IMG/VR virus record: IMGVR_UViG_3300008110_010375
Length of the DNA: 64,000 nt
Strand: one strand, 5' to 3'
Source of the DNA: a virus
The notes beneath the pieces were generated by a model. That model was not told the DNA's origin and did no database searches. It saw nothing but the letters and a program-made list of their open reading frames with translations. A program made the translations under genes and the position numbers. Positions 1-9,799 of this stretch are shown in pieces. Numbering within the stretch: the first letter of the stretch is position 1; every line of letters begins with the position of its first letter.

Positions 1-98
1 GATCACCAAGTCTTGGTACTTAGGAAGATCGAAGCTTCTGTTGAGTTTTTCAATGAAGAACCTAAAAATCTTAAGATTCATAAAAAAAATCCTTGTTG

Positions 99-129
99 TT
101 GACATTTTCTTATATATAGTATATATAAT
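99..129 (+). promoter_or_regulatory. sigma70-like promoter for the transporter operon
   Basis: TTGACA at 99-104, then AT-rich TATATAAT at 122-129; spacing ambiguous. Confidence 0.5.
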
Positions 130-165
130 AATGTAAGTGATGAAAATTTTCTTTGCGATGCAAAA

Positions 166-780
166 ATGTACAAGTATGTATTCATAGCTGGGGCTCCTGG
201 ATCCGGCTGGAGCAGAGTCGCGCTCAGTCTACACGGGAGTCCCAGCGTAGACTACAGCGATTGGTCTAAGGAGCAGTCGTGGACTTTCATAAATGATAAG
301 AATGTAGAGGAAAAAAGCTACCACTCGGGCGTCTACTTTGGACCGGATCAAAAGCACGGCAAGAGATTTGATAGGCTCAAAGATCTGACCAAGGATGAGA
401 TTGAGGCTGAGATGAACCTTCCCTTCACCGGCGAAGGCGTGAAGATAATCAAGTGCCACGACTTCTCGTATCAGCTCGACTTCATATCGGAAAACTGGCC
501 GGAATGCCCAATCATCACATGCCATCGCCCTACTGAGGTGTGCTACAGCTGGTGGATGTACGTAGGAGGCGCGGACATATCTTTTCCATCTTACGCGATG
601 CTAAAGAAGATCGATCCAAAGGTATACATGGACAAGTGCAACGAAGGAATAAAGAGCTTCTTGATGAGAAACGAGACCATCAGCGTTGAGAGCAACATCG
701 AAGCCTGCGAGCTTCTGGAGCTTGAATATCCTAAGAAGGTGATATACTACGATCACTCAAACGTACAGGTAAAGATTTAA
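166..780 (+). CDS. sulfotransferase/P-loop-like protein, paralog of 4454..5107
   Basis: N-terminal FIAGAPGSGWS loop, internal IIKCH motif; shares HxGxYFxP and SWW/GWW motifs with the paralog. Confidence 0.5.
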   Translation: MYKYVFIAGAPGSGWSRVALSLHGSPSVDYSDWSKEQSWTFINDKNVEEKSYHSGVYFGPDQKHGKRFDRLKDLTKDEIEAEMNLPFTGEGVKIIKCHDFSYQLDFISENWPECPIITCHRPTEVCYSWWMYVGGADISFPSYAMLKKIDPKVYMDKCNEGIKSFLMRNETISVESNIEACELLELEYPKKVIYYDHSNVQVKI

Positions 781-781
781 C

Positions 782-1219
782 ATGGAAAAGATCTTTTCAC
801 TCATCAAGGAAGCCAACGACGAAGTGCTTTGGATGTTCAGCAGGGACGTACACGACCTCATCCTTGAGAAGTACTACAGCACCTATTGGCCCGATGTGCC
901 CGAAGGATTCGATGAGAGCAAGACGAAGTCGATCGAGATGATCGTCAACCTTCACGAATGTAAGAACATACTCGACGTTGGCTGTGGGTACAACCACTTC
1001 AAAGATAAGTTTCCAGAGGCCAAGTTCACAGCGATTGAGCCGTTCATCGACGGCGCCGACTATAAGATGACGGTGACAGAGTACCAGCGTAACTTTCCCG
1101 ATCGTCAGTACGACTGCGTCATGGCTCTGGGCTCGATAAACTTTGGACCTAGGGCGAAGATCCTCGAGGAAGTGGAGGCCGATCGAAGGATCTTCTTTAT
1201 AATGAAGAAGGGCCTCTGA
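782..1219 (+). CDS. class I SAM-dependent methyltransferase, apparently internally truncated
   Basis: ILDVGCG motif I and YDCVMALGSINFG; ends abruptly. Confidence 0.7.
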   Translation: MEKIFSLIKEANDEVLWMFSRDVHDLILEKYYSTYWPDVPEGFDESKTKSIEMIVNLHECKNILDVGCGYNHFKDKFPEAKFTAIEPFIDGADYKMTVTEYQRNFPDRQYDCVMALGSINFGPRAKILEEVEADRRIFFIMKKGL

Positions 1220-2664
1220 TGCTTGAGTACTTGGTCTGGCTGATAGCGGGAACTTTATACGGCTTCGTGTTTGGTCTCATTCCAGTGGCTGGTGCGGCTA
1301 CTGCTTTGATCACAATCTACAGTTTCCTTGATGTGTTTAGACACGACCCATACACTTTAGTCGTATTCACGACATCTATAGTAGTCTCAAGCACTATAGG
1401 CGACAGCTTCTCAAGCGTCATGTTGAACGTTCCCGGTGCGAGCGGTTCGGCGGCGACTATGGTCGACGGCTTTCCACTCGCTAAGAAGGGCAGGGGTGCC
1501 TACGCCATGTCGGCGGCGATCACCACGAGTGCGATCAATGGGTTGATCTGGGGGCTACTTGTATTCTTACTCCTTCCCTACTACGGTGCGGCGGTGCTTT
1601 CGTTCGGCATACCGGAGCAACTTGCGTTCATGCTCTTGGCATTCACGACGGTGAGCTTCATCGCCAGCGGTTACTGGTTCAGGTCGTTGATGGGACTTGT
1701 AATTGGAATCTTTGCCGGAATGATTGGTCAAGACCCAATGTCGGGTGTACCTAGGTTTACGTTTGGTTGGCAATACTTAGAAGCAGGTGTGCAGATAATA
1801 CCTATCCTCGCCGGCGTCCTTGCGTTCCCTGAACTGCTGCAGCTCTATTTCTCAAAGTTTGAAAAGGTGTCTCTAAAGATAGATGACTATAGGAAGCAAG
1901 TAGTCGATGGTGTAAAAGACAGCTTTACTCATTGGAAAGATGGACTACGCGGCGGGGCGATCGGTGCATTCGTAGGAACCCTTCCGGGAATAGGTGGCAA
2001 CGTTGCCGATTGGATGGCTTATTCGCAAACGGTCGCATTAAACAACAAAGAGACTTATGGCAACGGAAACATACGCGGGGTCATAGGCTGCGAGGGAGCC
2101 AACAACGCGCAGAAGGCGACCGGATACATACCGACCGTACTGTTTGGGATTCCCGCTGCACCGTTTGAGGTGATCATCCTAAGCCTCTTCGTCTTAGTGG
2201 GAATCGAGCTCGGAACACCTGCTCTTTTGAAGGACACGAAGTTCTTTGATACTCTAACGATGAGCTACGTCGCTTCGCTGGCATTATCATTCTTGATAGC
2301 GATGGCCACCATCAAGTACATCGGTAAGATCTTTGAGGTGCGCATCGACTACTGGTTCTGGCCAATCGTTGCCTTAGTCGTCTGGAGCTGCGTTCAATAC
2401 ACCGGTTACGTCGAAGACTACTTGATGCTTGCGGCCTGTGTCGCTCTTGGATTCTTTCTCAAACACTTTAAGTTCGGTAGGGCTTCATTCATCATAGGCT
2501 TCGTCCTTAGCGACAGGCTGGAGAAGCTCGCTTATCAGTACAGATCATTGTTTGAACCCTTCGACATACTTATGAGACCTATAAGTTTAACGCTTGTCAT
2601 CTTGGCGATCTTTGCCATGGTGTATGGTGTATTCTTCAACAAAGCAAAGGTAGACTACGCATGA
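1219..2664 (+). CDS. tctA: tripartite tricarboxylate transporter permease, TctA family
   Basis: polytopic membrane protein; NVPG..SAATMVDGFPLAKKG, GTLPGIGG, EGANNA, LFGIP motifs. Confidence 0.9.
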   Translation: MLEYLVWLIAGTLYGFVFGLIPVAGAATALITIYSFLDVFRHDPYTLVVFTTSIVVSSTIGDSFSSVMLNVPGASGSAATMVDGFPLAKKGRGAYAMSAAITTSAINGLIWGLLVFLLLPYYGAAVLSFGIPEQLAFMLLAFTTVSFIASGYWFRSLMGLVIGIFAGMIGQDPMSGVPRFTFGWQYLEAGVQIIPILAGVLAFPELLQLYFSKFEKVSLKIDDYRKQVVDGVKDSFTHWKDGLRGGAIGAFVGTLPGIGGNVADWMAYSQTVALNNKETYGNGNIRGVIGCEGANNAQKATGYIPTVLFGIPAAPFEVIILSLFVLVGIELGTPALLKDTKFFDTLTMSYVASLALSFLIAMATIKYIGKIFEVRIDYWFWPIVALVVWSCVQYTGYVEDYLMLAACVALGFFLKHFKFGRASFIIGFVLSDRLEKLAYQYRSLFEPFDILMRPISLTLVILAIFAMVYGVFFNKAKVDYA

Positions 2665-3392
2665 CAGAGTACGAGAATTGGGGCGACAGCCGCTGGGAGT
2701 ATACTAAGAGCCAGAGCAAGTGGCACTTCGACCCAAGCGTCCCGCCGACACCGGGAGCCGACAGCTACACGCACGTCTGCAGGTTCACCAACGACTTCAC
2801 GGATGCGATCGTTAAGTGCCTCCCTGAAGCGAAAGCTTCGACGTGGAGCTCACGCAACAACTACGACAAGAAGATCGAGCAGGAAGGTCTATACTCAGCC
2901 ACGCCTGAGGAGAACGACTTGATTCGCGCCGGCGCCAATCCTAAGATGGAGGTGTTCAAGCGCACCGAGGCGAAAGACGTTGAGATCTTCAGGCGCGTGG
3001 CTAGGTGGCTCGGCTTGGAAGACCCAAGCATTAAGTTCCACAACCAGACGACCGGACAGATGCTCGTTTGGCACATCGACAACTTCGCCGCGCGCCCTGA
3101 GAGGGAGAACAGCTACAAAGTGACGGAGTTCGACAAGGACCCATCGACCATGAGGCGCTTCGCGGTGATGCTCGACGATTGGAAGCACGGACAGGTGTTT
3201 CAGCTCGGCAACGCGTTCTTCACCCAGTGGAGGGCCGGCGACTGCATCACTTGGGAATGGCGTGACATGCCTCACGCGACCTGCAACATGGGGTGGTGGG
3301 ATCGACCTATGCTGCAGCTGACCGGTTACACCACTGAAGTGACCAAACAGATCCTCAATAAAGCTAATAAGAACTGGTACTTGGAGGTATAA
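2661..3392 (+). CDS. putative Fe(II)/2OG-type (cupin fold) oxygenase
   Basis: WHID (HxD) ... PHATCN (distal His) ... RPMLQLTG. Confidence 0.55.
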   Translation: MTEYENWGDSRWEYTKSQSKWHFDPSVPPTPGADSYTHVCRFTNDFTDAIVKCLPEAKASTWSSRNNYDKKIEQEGLYSATPEENDLIRAGANPKMEVFKRTEAKDVEIFRRVARWLGLEDPSIKFHNQTTGQMLVWHIDNFAARPERENSYKVTEFDKDPSTMRRFAVMLDDWKHGQVFQLGNAFFTQWRAGDCITWEWRDMPHATCNMGWWDRPMLQLTGYTTEVTKQILNKANKNWYLEV

Positions 3393-4457
3393 ATGAAGAA
3401 GATTCTACTCGCTATCGCGGCGGTCGCCGTCAGCGCATCGGCCGCGCTGGCCGACTATAGGCTCATCGTTCCACAGAAGCCGGGAGGCGGCACGTCCGTC
3501 TGGGCCACCATCGTGTCGAAGCACCTTGAGAAGTTTATCGGTGAGCCCGTCATCGTTGAGCACATCCCAGGTGCTCAAGATATTCCTGGGTTCAATAAGT
3601 TTCACAACGAGCTTCAGAAAGATCCGAAAGTGATCATGGTCGCGCACGGTGGAAACGCCGAGAGCTTCCTCACGGACAAGGTCGACTACGACTACGATAA
3701 GTACGACCCGATCGCTCTCGTCAACCTCAACATCACAGTGAGCCACATGGCCGAGCCCTTCGATCCATACTCGCAGCGCATCAAGTTCGGCAGCACCTCA
3801 GGTCGTCGTCCGGACGTCATGGCGATAACACTTCTCGTGTGCGGACCAAAGAAGAACGTCGATGAATACATCGCCTGCTTCAATGAACACATCACCTTCG
3901 TCAAGGGAATGGATCCAACCGAAGCGCGTCTCGCGGCGCTCCGCGGTGAGCTGAACGTGGTTCGTGAGACGTTCGTGAGTCAGAAGAAGTTCATTGAGCC
4001 TACCGTCAAAGAGGGTAAGTTCAAGGAATGGTTCAACCACGGTGTGCTCGACCTCAAGACCGGTAGGATCGTGAAGGATAAGAACTTCGCATCGCCTAGC
4101 TTCGAGGAAGCGTACAAAGCTAAGTGGGGCAAGGCTCCTTCCGGTGAATTCTACGACGCCTACGTTCTCGTGAAGAACTACCGCGACGTCCTTCAGAAGT
4201 CCCTATGGGTCGGTAAGAACAACCCAAACAAGGCGAAGCTTCAGCAGGCCGTAAGGAAGATGCTTGAAGATCCTGAGGCGCGGGCCGAGATCGTCAAAGA
4301 CGGTGGAGACTATGAGTGGTTCATCGGCGACGACATGCTCAACGCCTACAATAAGATCAAGAAGTCGTTGAATGAGAAGTCGCTTCAAACGCTCGTCAAG
4401 TTCACCAACGAAGCACTTGAGATCAACTCGGTCTATAAGCCAGAGATCTTAAAGTGA
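3393..4457 (+). CDS. tctC: tripartite tricarboxylate transporter substrate-binding protein, TctC/Bug family
   Basis: signal peptide, then LIVPQKPGGGT ... VIVEHIPGA; close to tctA. Confidence 0.85.
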   Translation: MKKILLAIAAVAVSASAALADYRLIVPQKPGGGTSVWATIVSKHLEKFIGEPVIVEHIPGAQDIPGFNKFHNELQKDPKVIMVAHGGNAESFLTDKVDYDYDKYDPIALVNLNITVSHMAEPFDPYSQRIKFGSTSGRRPDVMAITLLVCGPKKNVDEYIACFNEHITFVKGMDPTEARLAALRGELNVVRETFVSQKKFIEPTVKEGKFKEWFNHGVLDLKTGRIVKDKNFASPSFEEAYKAKWGKAPSGEFYDAYVLVKNYRDVLQKSLWVGKNNPNKAKLQQAVRKMLEDPEARAEIVKDGGDYEWFIGDDMLNAYNKIKKSLNEKSLQTLVKFTNEALEINSVYKPEILK

Positions 4458-5107
4458 GCGGCGACTACATATTCGTCACAGGCGCACCGGGCTCCAAATG
4501 GAGCTCGGTGGTTCGCAGCATCTACTTCAGCGGCGACATCAACCAGAGCGACTTCTCCTTAGATCGCAGGTACTATCACGACGCTTCGGGCAAGCGTCAG
4601 CTCATGCATCTCGGGTCGTACTTTGATCCGGGAATGGAGTTCGGCGACAACTTTAAGATGTTCAGTATGCTCAGCAAGGAGGAAGCCGAAGCTGAGTTCG
4701 ATCGACCCTTCACGCACGGAATCGGAAGGAAGATAGTTAAGAGTCACTTCTTCGCCTATCACTTGGACGACCTCAAAGAGAAGTGGAAAGATCCTATAGT
4801 CTTAGTCTACCGCGACTCGGACGCGTGCTTAGGGTGGTGGATCAGGTGCGGTCACTTCAACATCACCTACCCTAAGTACGACTACTATAAAAACATCGAC
4901 GGGATGGTCAAGTATGTAGACGCACAGAATAAGCACATCAAGCGTTTCATAGATGAGAACGAAGTCCTACAGGTCTGGAACAGTCTCGAGCTGGCCCAGG
5001 CGCTGGGATTAGACGACGAGGGCGTCTACCACCAAGACTACAGGCGAAGCGACGTCAAGGTCTACGTATACTGGTCGAGATACGACGGGAGCCAAGCTTT
5101 TCTTTGA
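4454..5107 (+). CDS. sulfotransferase/P-loop-like protein, paralog of 166..780
   Basis: FVTGAPGSKWS, IVKSH, IVLVYRD motifs. Confidence 0.5.
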   Translation: MSGDYIFVTGAPGSKWSSVVRSIYFSGDINQSDFSLDRRYYHDASGKRQLMHLGSYFDPGMEFGDNFKMFSMLSKEEAEAEFDRPFTHGIGRKIVKSHFFAYHLDDLKEKWKDPIVLVYRDSDACLGWWIRCGHFNITYPKYDYYKNIDGMVKYVDAQNKHIKRFIDENEVLQVWNSLELAQALGLDDEGVYHQDYRRSDVKVYVYWSRYDGSQAFL

Positions 5108-5110
5108 CAT

Positions 5111-5118
5111 TATAAATA
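5111..5118 (+). promoter_or_regulatory. T4-type late promoter
   Basis: TATAAATA upstream of the tail fibre block. Confidence 0.8.
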
Positions 5119-5142
5119 GTTTGAAGCTAAGTCGAGGTTACC

Positions 5143-5469
5143 ATGGCAACGAAACTCAATCTGGTCATAGACCAAGGCGCGACCTACTCAAACGCGATAC
5201 TTGTCAAAGATTCAAGCAACAACGCGATCGATCTCTCGACCTACACGGTCGCCGGTCAGATCAGGAAGTACTACACTTCTTCCAACAGCACATCCTTCAC
5301 GGCGACCGGCAACAGCACCGGCTACGTCAACATCTCACTCACTTCAAACGCGACGGCGAACCTGTCTTCGGGCAGGTACGTCTACGACATTGAGATCACC
5401 AGCAACACGGGCGTAGTGACCCGCGTTACTGAAGGCATCGCCACGATCACCCCTCAAGTGACACGATAA
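5143..5469 (+). CDS. small virion structural protein
   Basis: NLVIDQGAT..., GRYVYDIEI...RVTEG...P.VT pattern common in T4-like aquatic phages; follows a late promoter. Confidence 0.65.
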   Translation: MATKLNLVIDQGATYSNAILVKDSSNNAIDLSTYTVAGQIRKYYTSSNSTSFTATGNSTGYVNISLTSNATANLSSGRYVYDIEITSNTGVVTRVTEGIATITPQVTR

Positions 5470-5475
5470 CTCGAC

Positions 5476-7185
5476 ATGGATGAGAAGAAGCTCCTTGAGG
5501 GATTCGCCAAAGCTTTAGGCACTGCCGGCGAGAAGGCGCTCAAGGACATCGAAGATAAGAAGCTCAAGGAGAAGCAGTACCTAGAGGGTCTCGCTTCGAT
5601 GCTTGGTCCTGAGGCGAAGCGTAAGCTTGAGGAGATCGAGAACGAGCAGGCTGAGAAGCAGCGCGCGCTTGAAGCTAAGAAGGAAGAAGCTCGAGCGAAG
5701 AGGGAGAAGGAGCAGAAGCTCCTCGATGAGATCAATAAGTCACTCAACGCTCTCGTGTCCGGCAACCCACAATACGTTGAAGCGATCGAGCAAGAAGTCG
5801 CTGAGACGATCGCTGAGCTTCCGATTGAAGAGACGATCGCCGCGACCGCTGAAGAGCCTATCGCCGAAGAAGCACCGGTAGAAGAGATCGAAGAGAACGC
5901 GGCTCAGCCTCAACCTGAGCTTCCAAAAGACGACATCATCACACTCGCGGTTAAAGACATCTCCAAGTCGGCACCCGGAAAGATACAAGACGTCGTCGAT
6001 GAGCTTCCACGAGGCCTTCGTCGTGAGCTCGACATTCTTAAGAAGTCGATCGCCGACCTTCACAGGTTCGCGACGAATCACTCGCAGATGGGCGGAGGCG
6101 GCGAAGTCAAGCTCGCGCGCTTAGACGACGTCGACGCCAGCACGATTGAAGACGGCTACTACCTGCAGTACGACGCCGCTTCTGGAAAGTTCATATTCGC
6201 CGCGGGCGGCGCCGGTGGTGGAGGAACAGGTCCAAGGGGTGCAAACGGTATTAGTGTAACCAACGCCACGGTCAACGGCAACGGTTACCTCATCATAACT
6301 TATTCAAACTCCGCCACGTCGAACGCAGGCTACGTGGTTGGTGCTACAGGTCCGACGGGTGCCAATGGCGCGAACGGTGCGACCGGCGCGACTGGACCCA
6401 CTGGCGCTACTGGAGCCACAGGACCCACCGGTGCAACTGGACCCACTGGACCGGCAGGCGCGAACGGTGTCGATGGGATCTCAATAACAAATACATCGAT
6501 CAGCGGCGGCTACCTCAACATAACTTATTCCAATTCGCATGTCGCGAACGTTGGATACGTCGTAGGACCAGCTGGTGCAAACGGCGCGAATGGCACCAAC
6601 GGAACCAATGGAACGAATGGTACCAATGGAACCAACGGCGTCGATGGTGTCGGTATAACGAACACCGCGATAAGCGGTGGTTACCTCAACGTCACTTACT
6701 CCAATTCATATGTTGCTAACGTTGGATACGTCGTCGGCGCGTCTGGAGCTACAGGTGCAAATGGCATAAGCATAACAAACGCAGCGGTCGACGCAAACGG
6801 TTACTTAAAGATCACATATTCAAACACGTACGTCGCTAATGCCGGATACGTAGTCGGCGGCGGAGGTGGAGGAGGTGGATTCACCAACGGACAGTCGATC
6901 TCAGTCGCAACGATCGAAGTAGCAACTGCTTTAGTCCCAGCCACCAACAACACTGTTGACATAGGCACGGATGGTTTAAGGTTTCATACCCTCTATCTTT
7001 CAGGCAACACGATCGTCTTGGGAAACGCCACGATTGAAGCCATAAATAGTGGAGTTAATCTACCCGAAGATTCAAAGGTCAACGGTAGACCTATAGCTAC
7101 CGGCGCTTCCCTAATATACGACTGTGGGACGCCGACCACGGATTTTTCAGTCGGCATGAGCATAGACTGTGGAGGAGTTACCTGA
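5476..7185 (+). CDS. collagen-like tail fibre/whisker protein
   Basis: charged coiled-coil N-terminus, GGGEV..LDDVD motif, Gly-X-Y repeats, repeated GYL.ITYSN..ANAGYVVG modules. Confidence 0.7.
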   Translation: MDEKKLLEGFAKALGTAGEKALKDIEDKKLKEKQYLEGLASMLGPEAKRKLEEIENEQAEKQRALEAKKEEARAKREKEQKLLDEINKSLNALVSGNPQYVEAIEQEVAETIAELPIEETIAATAEEPIAEEAPVEEIEENAAQPQPELPKDDIITLAVKDISKSAPGKIQDVVDELPRGLRRELDILKKSIADLHRFATNHSQMGGGGEVKLARLDDVDASTIEDGYYLQYDAASGKFIFAAGGAGGGGTGPRGANGISVTNATVNGNGYLIITYSNSATSNAGYVVGATGPTGANGANGATGATGPTGATGATGPTGATGPTGPAGANGVDGISITNTSISGGYLNITYSNSHVANVGYVVGPAGANGANGTNGTNGTNGTNGTNGVDGVGITNTAISGGYLNVTYSNSYVANVGYVVGASGATGANGISITNAAVDANGYLKITYSNTYVANAGYVVGGGGGGGGFTNGQSISVATIEVATALVPATNNTVDIGTDGLRFHTLYLSGNTIVLGNATIEAINSGVNLPEDSKVNGRPIATGASLIYDCGTPTTDFSVGMSIDCGGVT

Positions 7186-7810
7186 ATGGCATTCATTCAG
7201 TTTCAATTCAGGAGAGGTTCTGAGGCCGAATGGGCTTCCGCCAACAGCGTTCTGGCGAACGGTGAGATCGGCGTCGCGCTTGATACACGCAACTTTAAGA
7301 TTGGAAACGGCGTCGACGCATGGACCAACCTTTCTTATGGTGGTCTGCAGGGACCGAACGGGTCCACTGGTGTAGGAATCACAAGCGCTTTGGTGAACGC
7401 GAACGGTCACTTGATGGTGACTTTCTCGAACTCCGTCGTTGCAAACGCCGGCTACGTTGTCGGCGCGGCCGGACCGACCGGCAACACCGGCGCTAACGGT
7501 GCTGCTGGAGCGACAGGTGCAACTGGGGCGAATGGCGTCGGTATAACTTCAGCCACAATCGACGGCAGCGGTTATTTGATCATCACCTATTCCAACTCAG
7601 CCACCGCGAATGCTGGATACGTGGTCGGACCGGCTGGAGCTAACGGTGCTAATGGTACTAATGGCACCAATGGAACCAACGGAGTAAACGGCGTCGATGG
7701 TTCAAACGGCATAAGCATCACTAGCTCAGTCGTAAACTCCAACGGCTACCTCATCATAACCTACTCAAACTCTGCGACTTCAAACGCGGGATACGTAGTA
7801 GGTAACTTCG
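6240..7810 (+). repeat. coding repeats: collagen G-X-Y/(GTN)n tracts alternating with ~30-aa modules shared by two adjacent fibre genes
   Basis: GYL.(I/V)TYSNS..(A/S)N(A/V)GYVVG-type module occurs 4 times in 5476..7185 and 3 times in 7186..9798; boundaries approximate. Confidence 0.8.
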
Positions 7811-9798
7811 ATGCAAACACAGCTGGATCGTTGAATGTAAACAGCTCGCTTACGTCTAACAACGCTTCCTACTTAGGAGGCAACAGCGCGGCAGATCTTA
7901 GGACCTATGCCGACAATAAAGCTGGAAACGCTTATTCCAACGCGGTCGCTTACACCGACGCAACCTTCCAGACTATGACGGGTCTAAGCGCTAATGTGGC
8001 GATCTTAAGTGCAAACGCCGCTACGTACTTGAATGGTAAGACTGAGTCGAACCTCAACGTCAACAACTCTTTGACTTCAAACAACGCCAGCTACCTCGGC
8101 GGAAACACCGCTTCTGACTTAAGAACTTATACCGACAACAAATCCGGAAACGCGTACACCAACGCGACCACCTTTGCCTCAAACGCCACAAACATCTCAA
8201 GCGGCACATTGGGTGAAGCGCGCCTTCCATATAGGATGGATCAGAACGTAAGGACTACCGACACCGTCTCGTTTGGAAACATGACGATCACGGGCAACCT
8301 CACCGTGACAGGCAACGTCGCGGTGATCGGGGCGAACAACCTTACGCTCATCGATAACATGATCTACCTGAATAGTAACAACAACGTTACTAATCCAGAC
8401 CTTGGCTTCGCCGGCAACTACAACGACGGTTCGTACCACCACGCAGGATTCTTCAGAGACGCGACCGACGGTTTCTGGAAAGTGTTCGACAACTACGCGC
8501 CGGAGCCTGACGCTTCACCGTACATCGACACCGCCAACGCGACCTTCCACATCGCCGACTTCCATGCCAACACGCATCGCGTGGGTAACACCTCGGTGTA
8601 CGCGACGATCAACAGCACCGCTTTCTCAGGTTCTGCAAACAATGCTTCGTACCTCGGAGGCACCGCGGCCGCTGGATATCAGACGACCGCTGGTTTGTCG
8701 GCAAACGTAGCGACCCTAACAGCCAACGCTGCTGGATACTTGAACGGTAAGACCGAGTCAAACCTCAACGTCAACAGCGCATTGGTCTCTAACCTTGCGA
8801 CATACATCGTGGCGAACACGGGTCTCGTTTCCAACGCGTCTGGTGTATTCGTAAACGCGTCATACGTTGCTACACAGAACGCCAACAACGCAACGTACGC
8901 GTTCGGCAAGTCTGAAGGCAACCTGAACGTAAACAACGCCCTCACCGCGAACAGCGCATCCTACCTAGGATCTTCAAACAATACAGGAAACACCACTGGA
9001 ATATACACCACCGGTGTAGTCACTGCCAATGGAACTATCACTGGACTAGATCTTGTTTCAACGGCTGCCAGTGGAGACGAAGGTGGTGAGATAAGGTTAG
9101 CAAAAGCACCGAATGGAACGACAAACGGTGTGATAACAATCGATGTTTATCAAAATAAAATAAGAATTTTTGAAAGCGGTGGCAATAATCGCGGAGCATA
9201 TATTGATATCTCCGCAGCTGCAAACGGCGTTGGCACCAATCTTCTAACGGGTGGAGGTGGAGGCACCGGAACGGTGACTTCCGTTGGATCGGGAAATGGT
9301 CTCACCGGCGGTCCGATTACAGGATCTGGGACTCTTTCAATCCTTGCCAACACTGGAATCGTTGCAAACGCGACAGGGTTGTTTGTAAACTCTGCGTACA
9401 TTGGAACCATAACGTCTAACAACGCAACATATGCATTCGGTAAGACCGAAGGAAACCTAAACGTCAACAACTCTTTGACGTCCAACAATGCTTCTTACCT
9501 GAACGACACGGCGGCCGCCAACTATGTGCAGAATACCGACTCAAGGACGCTATCAGGAAATCTTAACTTCACCGGCGCCAACACCACGATCTCAGGAAAT
9601 TTAACGATCACGTCCACCGGCGAACTTATAATCACCAGCGGCGCAGGTATATATGCTAATGGAGGTCTTGGCAGTTCAGGTCAAGTACTTACGTCTAACG
9701 GCAGCTCAGTTTACTGGTCGACCCCGAGCTCCGGCGGCGGAAGCTCCAACGTTACAACAGGCAAGGCGATAGCGATGGCAATCGTCTTCGGAGGATAA
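7186..9798 (+). CDS. long tail fibre protein with Mtd_N/hyaluronidase-type N-terminal domain
   Basis: IQFQFRRG..EW...N.VL..GEIG..LDT..FKIGNG; collagen tracts; four GK(T/S)E.NLNVN repeats. Confidence 0.75.
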   Translation: MAFIQFQFRRGSEAEWASANSVLANGEIGVALDTRNFKIGNGVDAWTNLSYGGLQGPNGSTGVGITSALVNANGHLMVTFSNSVVANAGYVVGAAGPTGNTGANGAAGATGATGANGVGITSATIDGSGYLIITYSNSATANAGYVVGPAGANGANGTNGTNGTNGVNGVDGSNGISITSSVVNSNGYLIITYSNSATSNAGYVVGNFDANTAGSLNVNSSLTSNNASYLGGNSAADLRTYADNKAGNAYSNAVAYTDATFQTMTGLSANVAILSANAATYLNGKTESNLNVNNSLTSNNASYLGGNTASDLRTYTDNKSGNAYTNATTFASNATNISSGTLGEARLPYRMDQNVRTTDTVSFGNMTITGNLTVTGNVAVIGANNLTLIDNMIYLNSNNNVTNPDLGFAGNYNDGSYHHAGFFRDATDGFWKVFDNYAPEPDASPYIDTANATFHIADFHANTHRVGNTSVYATINSTAFSGSANNASYLGGTAAAGYQTTAGLSANVATLTANAAGYLNGKTESNLNVNSALVSNLATYIVANTGLVSNASGVFVNASYVATQNANNATYAFGKSEGNLNVNNALTANSASYLGSSNNTGNTTGIYTTGVVTANGTITGLDLVSTAASGDEGGEIRLAKAPNGTTNGVITIDVYQNKIRIFESGGNNRGAYIDISAAANGVGTNLLTGGGGGTGTVTSVGSGNGLTGGPITGSGTLSILANTGIVANATGLFVNSAYIGTITSNNATYAFGKTEGNLNVNNSLTSNNASYLNDTAAANYVQNTDSRTLSGNLNFTGANTTISGNLTITSTGELIITSGAGIYANGGLGSSGQVLTSNGSSVYWSTPSSGGGSSNVTTGKAIAMAIVFGG

Positions 9799-9799
9799 T

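Noticed and set aside
1-102. Possible 3' end of an upstream gene
   Set aside because: Two frames are open and neither has a recognisable motif.
6340-7700. Short tandem nucleotide repeats as a CRISPR array or VNTR
   Set aside because: They are degenerate codon repeats of collagen and GTN tracts, with no constant repeat and unique spacer pattern.
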